DNA of 64,000 bases, from the NCBI GenBank assembly GCA_028712375.1, contig JAQTQG010000003.1, positions 14,619 through 78,618 of the forward strand, written 5' to 3'. This document shows positions 26,666 through 37,078 of the stretch, piece by piece. The translations under genes were made by a program, and so were the position numbers. Below the pieces are notes generated by a model. The model was not told the DNA's origin, made no database searches, and was given only the letters and a program-made list of their open reading frames with translations. Within the stretch, counting starts at the first letter, position 1; the number at the start of each line of letters is the position of its first letter. This DNA is from Candidatus Omnitrophota bacterium. Its GTDB lineage: Bacteria; Omnitrophota; Gorgyraeia; Gygaellales; Profunditerraquicolaceae.

Positions 26666-28048
26666 CTACTTCCCAATACAAAAATCCATAAAAATTTTAT
26701 CCAGAAGGTCTGCCGAAAAATCTTTACCCAAAATCTTATCAAGATACACGCAAGCATCTTTTAAATTTTGGGTAATAAATTCTACGGGTAATTTCTCAGC
26801 ATGGATATCTCTTGCTTCGGCGATCAATTTTTGAGCATCCCGCAAAGCTTGAATATGCCTCAGGTTGCTTACCAGCATGGGCTCCGGGCCGGCCAGTTTA
26901 CCCTGATAAACAAAATTATAAATGGCATCCTCCAAAAGATTTAAATTTTTTCCGGATTTTGCCGCCAACAGCACAATCCTCTTAAAAACCTGATTAATTT
27001 TATCTTTTTCGATACGCGTTTTTAAATCAATTTTGTTAATTACAGCAATAACATTTTTATTTTTCAACACCTTAATTAATCCCCGGTCCAACTGATTTAA
27101 TTTACTACTGGCATCAAATACCATAATTACCAAATCGGCTAAATCAATCTGGTTGCGGGCCAAGCTGACCGCTTTTTTTTCAATCAGGCCGCGCGGCTTA
27201 AGGATGCCGGCAGTATCTACAATTCTTACCGGAATCCCCTTAACATCAATTAGTTCTTCAATCGTGTCGCGCGTAGTCCCGGCAACCGGAGTAACAATGG
27301 AGCGTTCTTTTTTAAGTAAAGCATTTAAAAGCGAAGATTTTCCCACATTGGGCCTGCCGCAAATAACTACATGCAGCCCCTCGCGCAGGATCCTGCCGCT
27401 ATCGGCGCTGGTCAACAATGTTTTTAACTGCGCATCAATACCAATAAGTCTGCGTAAAATCCCTGCCACATCCTGCGTTTGGGCGGTTTCTTCTGGAAAA
27501 TCAATGTTCGCCTCCAAAATTACCAAAATATCCAATAACCCCCGGCGGATTCGATTAATTTCCCGGGAAAGAGCACCGTTTAACTGACTTAAGCTTATTT
27601 TAAGAGCAGAATCTGTTTTGGCGCGGATAATATCAATAACTGCTTCTGCCTGTGCCAAATCAATACGGCCGTTTAAAAACGCCCGCTTAGTAAATTCACC
27701 CGGCTGCGCCAAGCGGCATCCATGCCGCAGGGTTAAATCAAGAATCTTGCGTAAAGATAAAAGTCCGCCGTGGCAGTTTATCTCTACCACATCCTGGCGC
27801 GTATAAGATTTAGGCCCGCGCATAACACTTAAGATTACTTCATCAACAACTTTATGATTATCTACTATCTGGCCATAATGCATCGTATAGCTCTGATAAT
27901 TTGCGGGTTTGATCTTATCTACGCCTACGAATATTTTGCCGGCAACCGCCAATGACCGGCTGCCGCTTAAGCGCACAATGCCAATCCCGCCTTCTCCGGT
28001 AGCAGTAGAAATCGCCGCAATTGTATCTTCTATATTATCTTCCCGCAT
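26666..28048 (-). CDS. mnmE: tRNA modification GTPase MnmE/TrmE
   Basis: GRPNVGKSSLLNALL (G1). C-terminal FCIGK motif. 460 aa. Confidence 0.85.
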   Translation of the reverse strand: MREDNIEDTIAAISTATGEGGIGIVRLSGSRSLAVAGKIFVGVDKIKPANYQSYTMHYGQIVDNHKVVDEVILSVMRGPKSYTRQDVVEINCHGGLLSLRKILDLTLRHGCRLAQPGEFTKRAFLNGRIDLAQAEAVIDIIRAKTDSALKISLSQLNGALSREINRIRRGLLDILVILEANIDFPEETAQTQDVAGILRRLIGIDAQLKTLLTSADSGRILREGLHVVICGRPNVGKSSLLNALLKKERSIVTPVAGTTRDTIEELIDVKGIPVRIVDTAGILKPRGLIEKKAVSLARNQIDLADLVIMVFDASSKLNQLDRGLIKVLKNKNVIAVINKIDLKTRIEKDKINQVFKRIVLLAAKSGKNLNLLEDAIYNFVYQGKLAGPEPMLVSNLRHIQALRDAQKLIAEARDIHAEKLPVEFITQNLKDACVYLDKILGKDFSADLLDKIFMDFCIGK

Positions 28049-29399
28049 TCCTGAATTCTCCGACTACAAATAATGAACCGGTAACTAAAATTAAATCCTG
28101 CTTGCCTGCCAGTCTCCCGGCTAAAAGCTTAGCTTCTTTTACGCTTTGCGTCAAATATAGTTTTCTTTTAAAACAAGCGGCCAGCTTCTGCGGAGCAGCT
28201 GCCCGGGAAGTAGCTGCCCGGGTAATTATAATCTCATCGGCTAATGAATCCAAGCTTTTGCAGATCCCCGGGATGTCCTTGTCTGATGAAATCCCTAAGA
28301 CCAAAATGAGTTTCTCATATTTTCCGCCGTAGGCGGATCTGCCTTTGGCGGAAAAATTTTCTTCTATTGCTTTTTTTAAAACTAACGCGGAAGCAGTATT
28401 CTGAGCGCCATCTAAAACCACCCAAGGTTTTCTAGAGGCTACCTCACACCTTCCCGGCCAAACTGCCCGGCCAAGGCCCCGGCGGATAGCAGAAGCCGGC
28501 AGGTCAACACCGTAAGAACTCAAACCTTCCACCAGCCCAACCGCTAAAGCCGCATTCTCTGCCTGATGTTCACCCAAAAGATTTAAATGTAAGCCTTTAT
28601 ATCGGTTCCTTAAACCTTTAATTACTAATTCCCCCTTAGGCCTGGAATATTTAATCTGCCGGCCCACTTCATAAAGCCGGGCTTGAAATTTTTTGCATCT
28701 GCGCCGGATTACCTCTTGAGCCTCTTTATCCTGCGCAGCCGAAATCACAATCGCTGCTTTGTTTTTTATAATTCCGGCTTTCTCTGCCGCGATCTTGGCT
28801 AAAGTATTGCCTAATTTCTGCACATGCTCAAAACTAAGCGGGGTAATCCCGCAAACCAGGGAATCGGCGGTATTCGTCGCATCCAATCTGCCGCCCAGTC
28901 CAGTTTCTAAAACTACAAAATCAGCTTGTTGGCGCTTAAAATACAAAAAAGCCAAAACAGTATAAATCTCAAAAAACGAAAGTTCTCCATATTTTGAGGA
29001 ACGGTTATACCGATTAATCCGCGGTTTCAATTCTTCCACCAATCCGGATAGCGCTTTTTGAGAGATCATCCCTTCAAAATCCCCTCCCCGGCCGCTACGC
29101 TTATAAGTCAAAGGCCGCAGCAATCTAATCCTTTCCCTAAAATCATGCAGATGGGGCGAAGTATAAAGCCCGACGTTAAAACCGGCTTCTCTAAGCATAT
29201 ACGCGGCTAAGGCACAAATGGAGCCCTTACCTTTTGTCCCGGCCACATGAATAACCCGCAGAGATTTTTGGGGATTGCCAAGCGCCGCCAAAAAACCCTG
29301 GATACGCCTTAACTTAAGTGCTTCCGGATAAGAATAGTTTATGTTTTTTTCGTAATTAACGAGAGAATTTAGGTATTTCTTAACTTCCGGGTAGGTCAT
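28035..29399 (-). CDS. folC: Folylpolyglutamate synthase / dihydrofolate synthase
   Basis: HVAGTKGKGS P-loop. Mur-ligase-family layout. 454 aa. Confidence 0.8.
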   Translation of the reverse strand: MTYPEVKKYLNSLVNYEKNINYSYPEALKLRRIQGFLAALGNPQKSLRVIHVAGTKGKGSICALAAYMLREAGFNVGLYTSPHLHDFRERIRLLRPLTYKRSGRGGDFEGMISQKALSGLVEELKPRINRYNRSSKYGELSFFEIYTVLAFLYFKRQQADFVVLETGLGGRLDATNTADSLVCGITPLSFEHVQKLGNTLAKIAAEKAGIIKNKAAIVISAAQDKEAQEVIRRRCKKFQARLYEVGRQIKYSRPKGELVIKGLRNRYKGLHLNLLGEHQAENAALAVGLVEGLSSYGVDLPASAIRRGLGRAVWPGRCEVASRKPWVVLDGAQNTASALVLKKAIEENFSAKGRSAYGGKYEKLILVLGISSDKDIPGICKSLDSLADEIIITRAATSRAAAPQKLAACFKRKLYLTQSVKEAKLLAGRLAGKQDLILVTGSLFVVGEFRNAGR

Positions 29400-29402
29400 A
29401 CA

Positions 29403-30959
29403 TTAATGCTTAAAATGCCTGATGCCTGTAGTTACCATCGCAATTTTATATTTGTCGCAAGCGGCAATAATATCCTCATCGGCAATAGAGCCCCCGGGTT
29501 GGATTATCGCTTTGGCCCCGGCTTTATGTGCCCAGGAGATAGCATCGGGCTTGGGGAAAAAAGCATCGGAAGCCAAACAACAGCCCTGTTTAAGTTTGGA
29601 GGATTTCTTTTTAGCAATCATCACCGAGTCTACGCGGGACATTTGCCCGGCGCCGATACCCACCGTCGCGCTCCCCGCCGCCAAAACAATTGCGTTTGAT
29701 TTTACATGCTTAGCTACTTTCCAGGCAAAAATCAAAGTCTGCAGCTGAGCTTTGCTGGGTTTTTTTCTGGTTACCACTTTAAGATTACGCATATCCAAAG
29801 TAAGCGCATCCCGGGTCTCTAAAAGTATGCCTCCGCTGACCCGCTTCATCTGTAAATCATCAGACGCTCCCCAATCCGGTAATTGCAACAGGCGTAAATT
29901 TTTCTTTGTCTTAAATAAATCCCGGGCCTCTTGTTCAAAGCCGGGAGCAATAATACATTCCAAAAATCCGCTTTTCATAATAAACCCGGCGGTCTTTAAA
30001 TCCATTTTTCTATTTAATGCTACAATCCCGCCAAAGGCCGAAAGTTTATCTGCCTTCCAAGCATTTAGATATGCTTTACTTAACTCTTTATCTTCAGCAG
30101 CACCGCAGGGATTATTATGTTTAACAATTACCGCCGCCGGATTTTTAAATTCTTTGGCCAATTCCACCGCAGAGTTAAGATCGAGGATATTATTAAAGGA
30201 CAGTTCTTTGCCTTGCAATTGTTGACAATTAATTAACCCCCTGGTTTTGCCTTTTTCTTTATAAAAAGAGGCCTGCTGATGCGGATTTTCTCCATAACGC
30301 AAATCCTGAATCTTCTCAAACACTAAGTGAAGTTCGCGGGGAAAATTTTCGTCTGCCCTGTTAATTTTAAAATATTCACTTAAATAATTATAGATTGCCG
30401 CGTCATATTTACTGGTATGGCCGTAAACCTCAACGCTTAACTGGCACATTAAATCTTCAGATAAACAACCGTTATTCTGCTTTAGCTGGGCGATTACCTG
30501 CCCATAGCGCTGCGGGTTACAAATAACAGCTACGGATTGATAATTCTTAGCGGCTGAGCGCAGCATCGCCGGTCCGCCAATATCAATATTTTCAATAACT
30601 TCAGAAATGCTTACAGACGGTTTTTGGATAATTTTTTCAAAAGGATACAAATTGACCACCAGCATATCAATCAACCCGATATTCTGCTCTGCCAATACCC
30701 GCAAATGATCCGGGTTATCGCGTAAAGCTAACAAACCGCCGTGAATCTTCGGATGTAAAGTCTTTACCCGGCCGTCAAGCATTTCGGGAAAACCTGTGTA
30801 TTGCGAAACCTCGCTTACCGCAATGTTATTTTCACGTAAAAGCTTAGCCGTGCCTCCGGTAGAAATAATTTCTACGCCAAAATTTTTTAATTCCTTGGCT
30901 AAATCTACAACGCCGATTTTATCTGAAAGGCTAATCAGTGCCCTTTTAATTTTTACCAT
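29403..30959 (-). CDS. purH: Bifunctional AICAR transformylase / IMP cyclohydrolase
   Basis: KRALISLSDKIGVVDLAKEL MGS-like N-terminus. 518 aa. Confidence 0.85.
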   Translation of the reverse strand: MVKIKRALISLSDKIGVVDLAKELKNFGVEIISTGGTAKLLRENNIAVSEVSQYTGFPEMLDGRVKTLHPKIHGGLLALRDNPDHLRVLAEQNIGLIDMLVVNLYPFEKIIQKPSVSISEVIENIDIGGPAMLRSAAKNYQSVAVICNPQRYGQVIAQLKQNNGCLSEDLMCQLSVEVYGHTSKYDAAIYNYLSEYFKINRADENFPRELHLVFEKIQDLRYGENPHQQASFYKEKGKTRGLINCQQLQGKELSFNNILDLNSAVELAKEFKNPAAVIVKHNNPCGAAEDKELSKAYLNAWKADKLSAFGGIVALNRKMDLKTAGFIMKSGFLECIIAPGFEQEARDLFKTKKNLRLLQLPDWGASDDLQMKRVSGGILLETRDALTLDMRNLKVVTRKKPSKAQLQTLIFAWKVAKHVKSNAIVLAAGSATVGIGAGQMSRVDSVMIAKKKSSKLKQGCCLASDAFFPKPDAISWAHKAGAKAIIQPGGSIADEDIIAACDKYKIAMVTTGIRHFKH

Positions 30960-30982
30960 TGGACATCTTCCTTGTATCCAGA

Positions 30983-31684
30983 TTATTTATTAAACCGGAA
31001 ATTAACTAAATCCGCATCCTGCATCACATAATCTTTTAACTCCAGGCGCATTTTTCCGGCCTGCTTAGCCTGAGTCTCCCCGCCGCAGGCAATAAAATCC
31101 GTAAAACTTATGATTTCAGCGCGGATAAAACCCTGTTGAATATCAGAATGAATAACCCCGGCGGCCTCCCAGGCCGTTGTGCCTTTTTTAATCAGCCAGG
31201 CACGATTCTCTTTATCCCCTACGGTCAAAAAATAAATAAAACCGCTTTGCGCCAGGACTTTGGCTAATAAAGCACCTAAATCTTCCGCATCTTCTTTGCG
31301 GATTACCGCTACCGGTTTGAGCGTTAATAAACCATAGCCGGAAATAACCTCATTTTCTGCAGCCGTTAAGCCTAGCGTAGAAATAAACTCTTCTTTCTCT
31401 AAGGCTGCTTTCATCTTACTCAAAATTGTTTTTTCATTCTCCGCCGGAGACTTGGCTAAACGCGTTTCCACAAAATCCAGGTCATGCAGGATCAGGTCCA
31501 TCTTACTGTCGGCGGTAATCATAATCGCATCTGCCTCCTGCGCCGCATCCTGGCCTACCAACTCTACCTGCGGGTAAGTTTTTTTCTTGGCTTTCACTAA
31601 CTTATCCGCTTGATCTAACCGGGTTTCTTTAACATTCTGCCTGCCCAACGGAAGTTCACTAATTGCAAATACGCTTATTTTCAT
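30983..31684 (-). CDS. YchF-like protein lacking the N-terminal P-loop GTPase domain (helical + TGS/MoaD-like C-terminus only)
   Basis: TAWEAAGVIHSDIQQGFIRAEIISFTDFIACGGETQAKQAGKMRLELKDYVMQDADLVNFRFN closely matches the YchF C-terminal TGS region. No GxxxxGKS anywhere in the protein. No upstream ORF could supply it. Confidence 0.6.
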   Translation of the reverse strand: MKISVFAISELPLGRQNVKETRLDQADKLVKAKKKTYPQVELVGQDAAQEADAIMITADSKMDLILHDLDFVETRLAKSPAENEKTILSKMKAALEKEEFISTLGLTAAENEVISGYGLLTLKPVAVIRKEDAEDLGALLAKVLAQSGFIYFLTVGDKENRAWLIKKGTTAWEAAGVIHSDIQQGFIRAEIISFTDFIACGGETQAKQAGKMRLELKDYVMQDADLVNFRFNK

Positions 31685-31806
31685 AAATAAATTAAGTTGT
31701 CTTCTAACTTCCTCATAGTTTTAAAATCTAAGGGGACAGTTCCGTTTTCCGATCAATCAAACTGCGGAAAAATAGAACCGTCCCCTTTATTCCAACGGCT
31801 AAAAAA

Positions 31807-32994
31807 TTATTCCAGGTAGGTGTAAATCTTTCCTTTGTAATTGCGCAACACATATTTACCTTTGGCCTGGGAAAGAATATAGTTTGGCCCCACAGGGATC
31901 TTCCCGCCGCCGCCCGGCCCGTCAATGACGTAGGTCGGAACAGCATAACCGGAAGTATGTCCGCGCAATTTCTCAATAATATTAATTCCCGTAGCTACCG
32001 GGGTACGAAAATGCTGCGTGCCCCTAACCGGATCACACTGATAAATATAATATGGCCTGACCCTGATCTGTAAAAGATCATGCACCAGCCTCCTCATAAT
32101 GAATGGCCGGTCATTAATTCCTTTAAGCAGTACCGATTGGCTTCCTAAGGGAATACCGCTTTCGGCAAGCATATCGCAGGCGTTTTGACAACGCTTAGTT
32201 ATCTCTTTAGGATGATTAAAATGAATACTCATCCAGATCGGCGCATACTTTTTAAGCATCTGCACCAGATTCTCAGTAATCCGCTGCGGCAAAGTTACCG
32301 GGATACGCGTACCAATTCTTAACAATTCCACATGCGATATCGCACGAATTTTTGAAATTAAAGACTCCAGGGCTTCATCTTCCAAGGTAAGCGGATCGCC
32401 TCCGGAAATTAACACATCCCGGATTTTACGGTTAGATTTAATATACTCGATAGCCGCATCAAATTTAGTTTCCGGATTTAAGTCTTTTTCCTCATGATCC
32501 CCCACTAAACGCCGGCGGGTGCAATGACGGCAATACATCGCACAATGATCAGTCGCCAACAATAAAACCCTGTCCGGATAGCGGTGCACTAAATGCGGTG
32601 CGGGAGAATCCCGGTCTTCCGCACAGGGATCGGCCATCTCATGCGGAGCAACAGAAAATTCATCATTCACCGGAACAGATTGCCTGCGGATAGGGCAATT
32701 AGGGTCTTCTGCGTCAATCTGACTGGCCCAATAAGGAGTAATCGCCATCGCCAACCGGCCTTTGGCCTTATCAATGCCCTTCTCTTCTTCCGGGGTAAGC
32801 TTAATAATCTGGATTAATTCTTCTTTGGTGCGGATTCGGTGCTTAAGCTGCCAATGCCAATCTTCCCAATCCAAAGGATTGACATCTTTATAAAGAGCTA
32901 TCTGCTGATAATCCCGTGCGCGTTTGGTGGGCCGGTAAATAACCGGAGTCTCCATTTGTACTTTTTGGTTTTCTAAGCTTGCAGGATTACTCAA
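31807..32994 (-). CDS. kamA: Lysine 2,3-aminomutase family radical-SAM enzyme
   Basis: LLLATDHCAMYCRHCTRRR (CxxxCxxC of the KamA family). 395 aa. Confidence 0.75.
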   Translation of the reverse strand: MSNPASLENQKVQMETPVIYRPTKRARDYQQIALYKDVNPLDWEDWHWQLKHRIRTKEELIQIIKLTPEEEKGIDKAKGRLAMAITPYWASQIDAEDPNCPIRRQSVPVNDEFSVAPHEMADPCAEDRDSPAPHLVHRYPDRVLLLATDHCAMYCRHCTRRRLVGDHEEKDLNPETKFDAAIEYIKSNRKIRDVLISGGDPLTLEDEALESLISKIRAISHVELLRIGTRIPVTLPQRITENLVQMLKKYAPIWMSIHFNHPKEITKRCQNACDMLAESGIPLGSQSVLLKGINDRPFIMRRLVHDLLQIRVRPYYIYQCDPVRGTQHFRTPVATGINIIEKLRGHTSGYAVPTYVIDGPGGGGKIPVGPNYILSQAKGKYVLRNYKGKIYTYLE

Positions 32995-32995
32995 T

Positions 32996-33994
32996 TTAAG
33001 CCTTTGTCCTTTCCGAGGCGCTTAACAATATGGCCTCAATAAGATCTTCATATTTCATCCCGGCGGCATAAGCCATAATGGGAAAATTCGATTCCTTAGG
33101 ATCCAGCCCCGGTAAGGGGTTAATTTCTAGAACATAGGGTACATTAAATTTATCCAGGCGGATATCCGTGCGGGAAATATCCAGGCACCCTACAGCACGA
33201 TGCGTACGCAAAGCTACATCCTTTACTTTTTCTTCAATCTCCTTATCCAGCCGGGCCGGGCAATAGAATTCCGGCACCAGGCCTAATTCGCTATTGCCCT
33301 GGAACTCTTTCATTTTCCAGGAATAAAAATATTCTCCGCTTTTTTTACAATTAGAAAAGTCGATTTCCAAAATCGGTAAAACACGGGTTTTACCATTCTC
33401 CAGAATACCGACGGTTAATTCCTTGCCTTCAATAAATTCTTCAACTAACGCTTCCTGCCGGTAAACATCAATACATTCCTTAATCTTACAGAAAAGATCT
33501 TCAGGATTATTTACAACATTAGTTTTATTTATCCCTTTAGCCGACCCTTCACAGTTAGGCTTGACAATAAGAGGGAATTTTAAATCCGGATCCAATATTT
33601 CATCACCTTTGACAAAAAGTTGAAAATTCGGAGTAGGAATATTCTCTGCTTTAAGAATCTTTTTGGTCAAAGTCTTATTTAATGCCAGCGCCAAAGAAAA
33701 AGTATCCGACCCGGTATAGGGTATATTTAAATAATCTAATACTGCCGGTACTTCGCTTTCGCGGAAACGGCCGTGTTTTCCTTCGGCGATATTAAACACC
33801 ATATCCACGCGGTTCTTTCTAAAATAAGAAAATAGTGCCGGATACTCTACGTCAATAGCATCTACCGAATGCCCCTTGGTTTTAAGCGCGGTAACCACAG
33901 AATTAATCGTCTCCTCGGAATCGCATTCGGAGAAATAATCTGCCGGCTTTAAAGGATCTTTCTTTTTTAAATTATATGTTAAAGCAACGCGCAT
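32996..33994 (-). CDS. D-Ala-D-Ala-ligase-like ATP-grasp enzyme (paralog 2)
   Basis: ATP-grasp pattern: PLIVKPNCEGSAKGI, EALVEEFIEGKELTVGIL, PYVLEINPLPGL. Confidence 0.65.
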   Translation of the reverse strand: MRVALTYNLKKKDPLKPADYFSECDSEETINSVVTALKTKGHSVDAIDVEYPALFSYFRKNRVDMVFNIAEGKHGRFRESEVPAVLDYLNIPYTGSDTFSLALALNKTLTKKILKAENIPTPNFQLFVKGDEILDPDLKFPLIVKPNCEGSAKGINKTNVVNNPEDLFCKIKECIDVYRQEALVEEFIEGKELTVGILENGKTRVLPILEIDFSNCKKSGEYFYSWKMKEFQGNSELGLVPEFYCPARLDKEIEEKVKDVALRTHRAVGCLDISRTDIRLDKFNVPYVLEINPLPGLDPKESNFPIMAYAAGMKYEDLIEAILLSASERTKA

Positions 33995-34984
33995 TTAATT
34001 TAAGTTATTCCTCACTATAGCACTGTTTAAAATTTTACCCACCATCTGTTCATAAGTAATGCCGATATTTTTAGCCACCAGCATAAAAACATCTTCCGTA
34101 GAAAGAGAGGGCAGCGGGTTAATCTCTAAAACATAGGGGCTGCCATTATTATCCACCCGGAAATCGACCCTGCCAAAATCACGGCACTCTACACTTCGAT
34201 AAACTTGCAAAGCCAGCTCATCCAGCTTTTTCTTTAAGTCGCCGGTAATCTTAGCCGGACAGATATATTCCAAGCGGTCAGAAGTAATCCGCGCAAAAGT
34301 ATAGAACTTGTCATTTAGTTTCAGCTTTCCGTCTATTTTAATCTGTACCACCGGCATTACTTCCGGGTTTTCATTGCCGACGATCGCTACAGTAAATTCC
34401 TGCCCTGAGATAAATTCTTCAACCAAAGCAGGCTGTTTATAAGTAGTAGTAATAAACTCTACCTGCTTTTTCAGTTCATCTGTATTCTCAACCCGCGAAT
34501 TTTCACTTAACCCCTTAGATGACCCTTCAAAACGCGGTTTAACAATTAAAGGAAATTTGCAGTGGTCATAATTAACCGAAGCTGCAGCGGAGCTAACTTC
34601 AAAAAATTTAGGAGTAGGGATCCCTTCGGCAATAAAAATTTTTTTAGCCATTATTTTATCCAAAGTAAGCCCTAAAGTTAAGGCATCAGCCCCTACAAAA
34701 GGAACCCCGGCCATTTCCAGTAAAATAGGGACCTGGGATTCCCGGTTTCTTCCGCTTAGTCCTTCAGAAATATTAAAAACAATATCTACCCCTAAATTGT
34801 CTATCTTCTCCAGCAGATTAGTAGCATTGCCTATCTTCTTAACTTTAAAACCGTTAGCGGCAATCGCATCAGCAATCACATCAACTGTCGACAAAGAATC
34901 AAACTCCGCGTTAGCATCCAGCGGGTCGCCTTCCTTAAATTTGTAATCTGTTTTTAAATCGTAAGTCAAACCGACGGTTTTCAT
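33995..34984 (-). CDS. D-Ala-D-Ala-ligase-like ATP-grasp enzyme (paralog 1)
   Basis: PLIVKPRFEGSSKGL, PALVEEFISGQEFTVAIV, PYVLEINPLPSL. Confidence 0.65.
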   Translation of the reverse strand: MKTVGLTYDLKTDYKFKEGDPLDANAEFDSLSTVDVIADAIAANGFKVKKIGNATNLLEKIDNLGVDIVFNISEGLSGRNRESQVPILLEMAGVPFVGADALTLGLTLDKIMAKKIFIAEGIPTPKFFEVSSAAASVNYDHCKFPLIVKPRFEGSSKGLSENSRVENTDELKKQVEFITTTYKQPALVEEFISGQEFTVAIVGNENPEVMPVVQIKIDGKLKLNDKFYTFARITSDRLEYICPAKITGDLKKKLDELALQVYRSVECRDFGRVDFRVDNNGSPYVLEINPLPSLSTEDVFMLVAKNIGITYEQMVGKILNSAIVRNNLN

Positions 34985-35306
34985 AATCTTTACTCGTTTT
35001 ATCCTTATATCCGGAAAGATCCTTGCGCTTCGCGCAAGGATTTCGCTGTATTTGTATGGGTGCTCAAAAAATAAGGGCTCACTTTCAATGACTTTACTCG
35101 AGAGCCCTTAAGAATCTATCCGATTTTTTCCAACTTCAGTTTAATCCTCCGCTAAATTTTACGCAAAATGTTGTATCTATGTTATTTTTTTACCACAATA
35201 TGTTGGCATTGTCAAGTATTTTTTGTTTAATTGCGCGATAGGATTTCTTTTGTTTTATCGTCGGTAAATCTAATTGCGGAGGAACAGAATACTGTATTTA
35301 ACGAAA

Positions 35307-35954
35307 CTAAAACGGGGAGGTTTTTTCTTGCGGTAAAAAAGTTATTCCGGCATCCCGAAGATCCTTGACTAACTGTTCAAAATTACTAAAAACGTAACCC
35401 TGGATACCCAGGGATTTGGCGCTTTCTACCAATTCCGGACGGTCATCAGTATAGAAAATTTCTTGCGGCTTAATTTTTAAACTTTGAATAACCAAATTAT
35501 AAATTTCTTTATCCGGCTTAATTACCCCTAGCTGAAAAGAAAGAAAAACTTTATCAAAAACTCCAAATACAGGGAAATTTTTCTGTAAATATTCATAATG
35601 CAGGATATTAATATTAGAAAGCAACGCTACTTCATAACCGGACCGCAGAGTATTAATTAAACTAAAGACTGAACGGTTCTTAGCGCTTAGGAAGAATATA
35701 TCATTCCAAATCGGCTTAAACGACTCATAACTAAGCCTTAGGTCCAACATTTGTTTAACTTGAGAGTAAAAATCTTCAGGGGAAAGCTTCCCGGCCTCAA
35801 AAGCTCCGGTTACGTCGGACTCTAAAAAAAGCTCGCAAATTTGGACTGGGGTTCTGGAACAAAAAGCCGCTATTCTCTGTGCGGCCCTTAAATGGTCAAA
35901 ATCCACCAACACGCGGCCCAAATCAAACAGTAAAGCTTTAATCCCCTGAGCCAT
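35307..35954 (-). CDS. HAD-superfamily hydrolase
   Basis: LLFDLGRVLVDFD (motif I DxD). Confidence 0.6.
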   Translation of the reverse strand: MAQGIKALLFDLGRVLVDFDHLRAAQRIAAFCSRTPVQICELFLESDVTGAFEAGKLSPEDFYSQVKQMLDLRLSYESFKPIWNDIFFLSAKNRSVFSLINTLRSGYEVALLSNINILHYEYLQKNFPVFGVFDKVFLSFQLGVIKPDKEIYNLVIQSLKIKPQEIFYTDDRPELVESAKSLGIQGYVFSNFEQLVKDLRDAGITFLPQEKTSPF

Positions 35955-35957
35955 AAA

Positions 35958-36983
35958 TTAATTTCCTTTATCTTTATTCTTTCTAAAGAGATCCAGAAAT
36001 TTATCTTCATACTCTTTATAAACATTCCATTTATCTAATTCTACCTTTAACTCTTTGGCTTTGGTGATATCCAGGCGGCTTTCTTCAAAAAGCTTTTCAA
36101 TTTTTTCTTTTACCGAAACCGGCAGATTGGTGAGCTGGCTTAAAGTTTTCTTGATCAACTCCACTTCTTCTTCTCCAATAGGAGCCGATGAGCCGGCATT
36201 GCCCAGCTTCAAATATTCCAGCAATTTATTAATTTCATTTTCCATTGCCTGCGCCTGATCTTTTAACGGCTGCACATTGATCTGCATGTTTAATATTTTC
36301 CCTAAAGCAGACAATACCGCCGCCGAAGCCTTGGGATTTTCAATCTGTATAGTATAAAGAGGTATCTCGCCCAACAAACAAATACCTTTTAATCCTGATT
36401 TTTTGGCGATGCCCAGAAATAAACCATTCATCCCGCTAATCTGTCCATCTGCTAAAGCGGTAAAATTATATTTCTTTAAATTATCTTTTGTTTTTTGATC
36501 GGTAGCCGCAAACCAAACCGCCGGATCCTGAGTATGCTCCATAGGTTGCGGCATAGAAGCAAAACTGACAATTGACTCTACGCCCAAATCCTTCGCCAGC
36601 CCGATAATCGCCTTAGCATAGCTGTCTGCTTTAGACAAATCCGGCTGAGCATTGCTTAAAAAAATAATCAAATCATTCTTGCCAGAAGGGGCGCCCTTAG
36701 CTGTGGAGTTCTTCCAATAATAAAATTTCCCCTGAGGAAGCAATGGAACCTCCAGAATCCCACCGGAGATAACACTTCCGGATAAATAAAAAAAATCATC
36801 CGGAATAATCCGGGCAAATTCTTGGGCCTTAAGTTCCTGGATTAAATATTCTGCAGCTTTAAATGCCACCTCCCCCATCCCCGGCCAGGCAACAATAAGG
36901 CAGGGTTTTTTCAAACGTGGTTTTTTAGTAATAATTAAAGGGTCCATATTCTCTCCTCGTGTACGGACACGACACCGGCACAA
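35958..36983 (-). CDS. PAC2-family protein
   Basis: CLIVAWPGMGEVAFKAAEYL N-terminal motif typical of the PAC2 family. C-terminal coiled coil. Confidence 0.5.
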   Translation of the reverse strand: MCRCRVRTRGENMDPLIITKKPRLKKPCLIVAWPGMGEVAFKAAEYLIQELKAQEFARIIPDDFFYLSGSVISGGILEVPLLPQGKFYYWKNSTAKGAPSGKNDLIIFLSNAQPDLSKADSYAKAIIGLAKDLGVESIVSFASMPQPMEHTQDPAVWFAATDQKTKDNLKKYNFTALADGQISGMNGLFLGIAKKSGLKGICLLGEIPLYTIQIENPKASAAVLSALGKILNMQINVQPLKDQAQAMENEINKLLEYLKLGNAGSSAPIGEEEVELIKKTLSQLTNLPVSVKEKIEKLFEESRLDITKAKELKVELDKWNVYKEYEDKFLDLFRKNKDKGN

Positions 36984-37078
36984 TACTCTGCCACCTGGCA
37001 GACACTTGCCCGATCCCTATCAGGGCAAGTGCAATAGCGTCGGGTGTAATCCACAGCTTCTTCGACGTTAACACTCTT

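Noticed and set aside
30960-30982. ZTP (pfl) riboswitch upstream of purH
   Set aside because: Only 23 nt separate purH from the preceding gene. No room for the motif.
31728-31976. 82-aa minus-strand ORF
   Set aside because: Overlaps the 3' end of kamA in another frame. No support.
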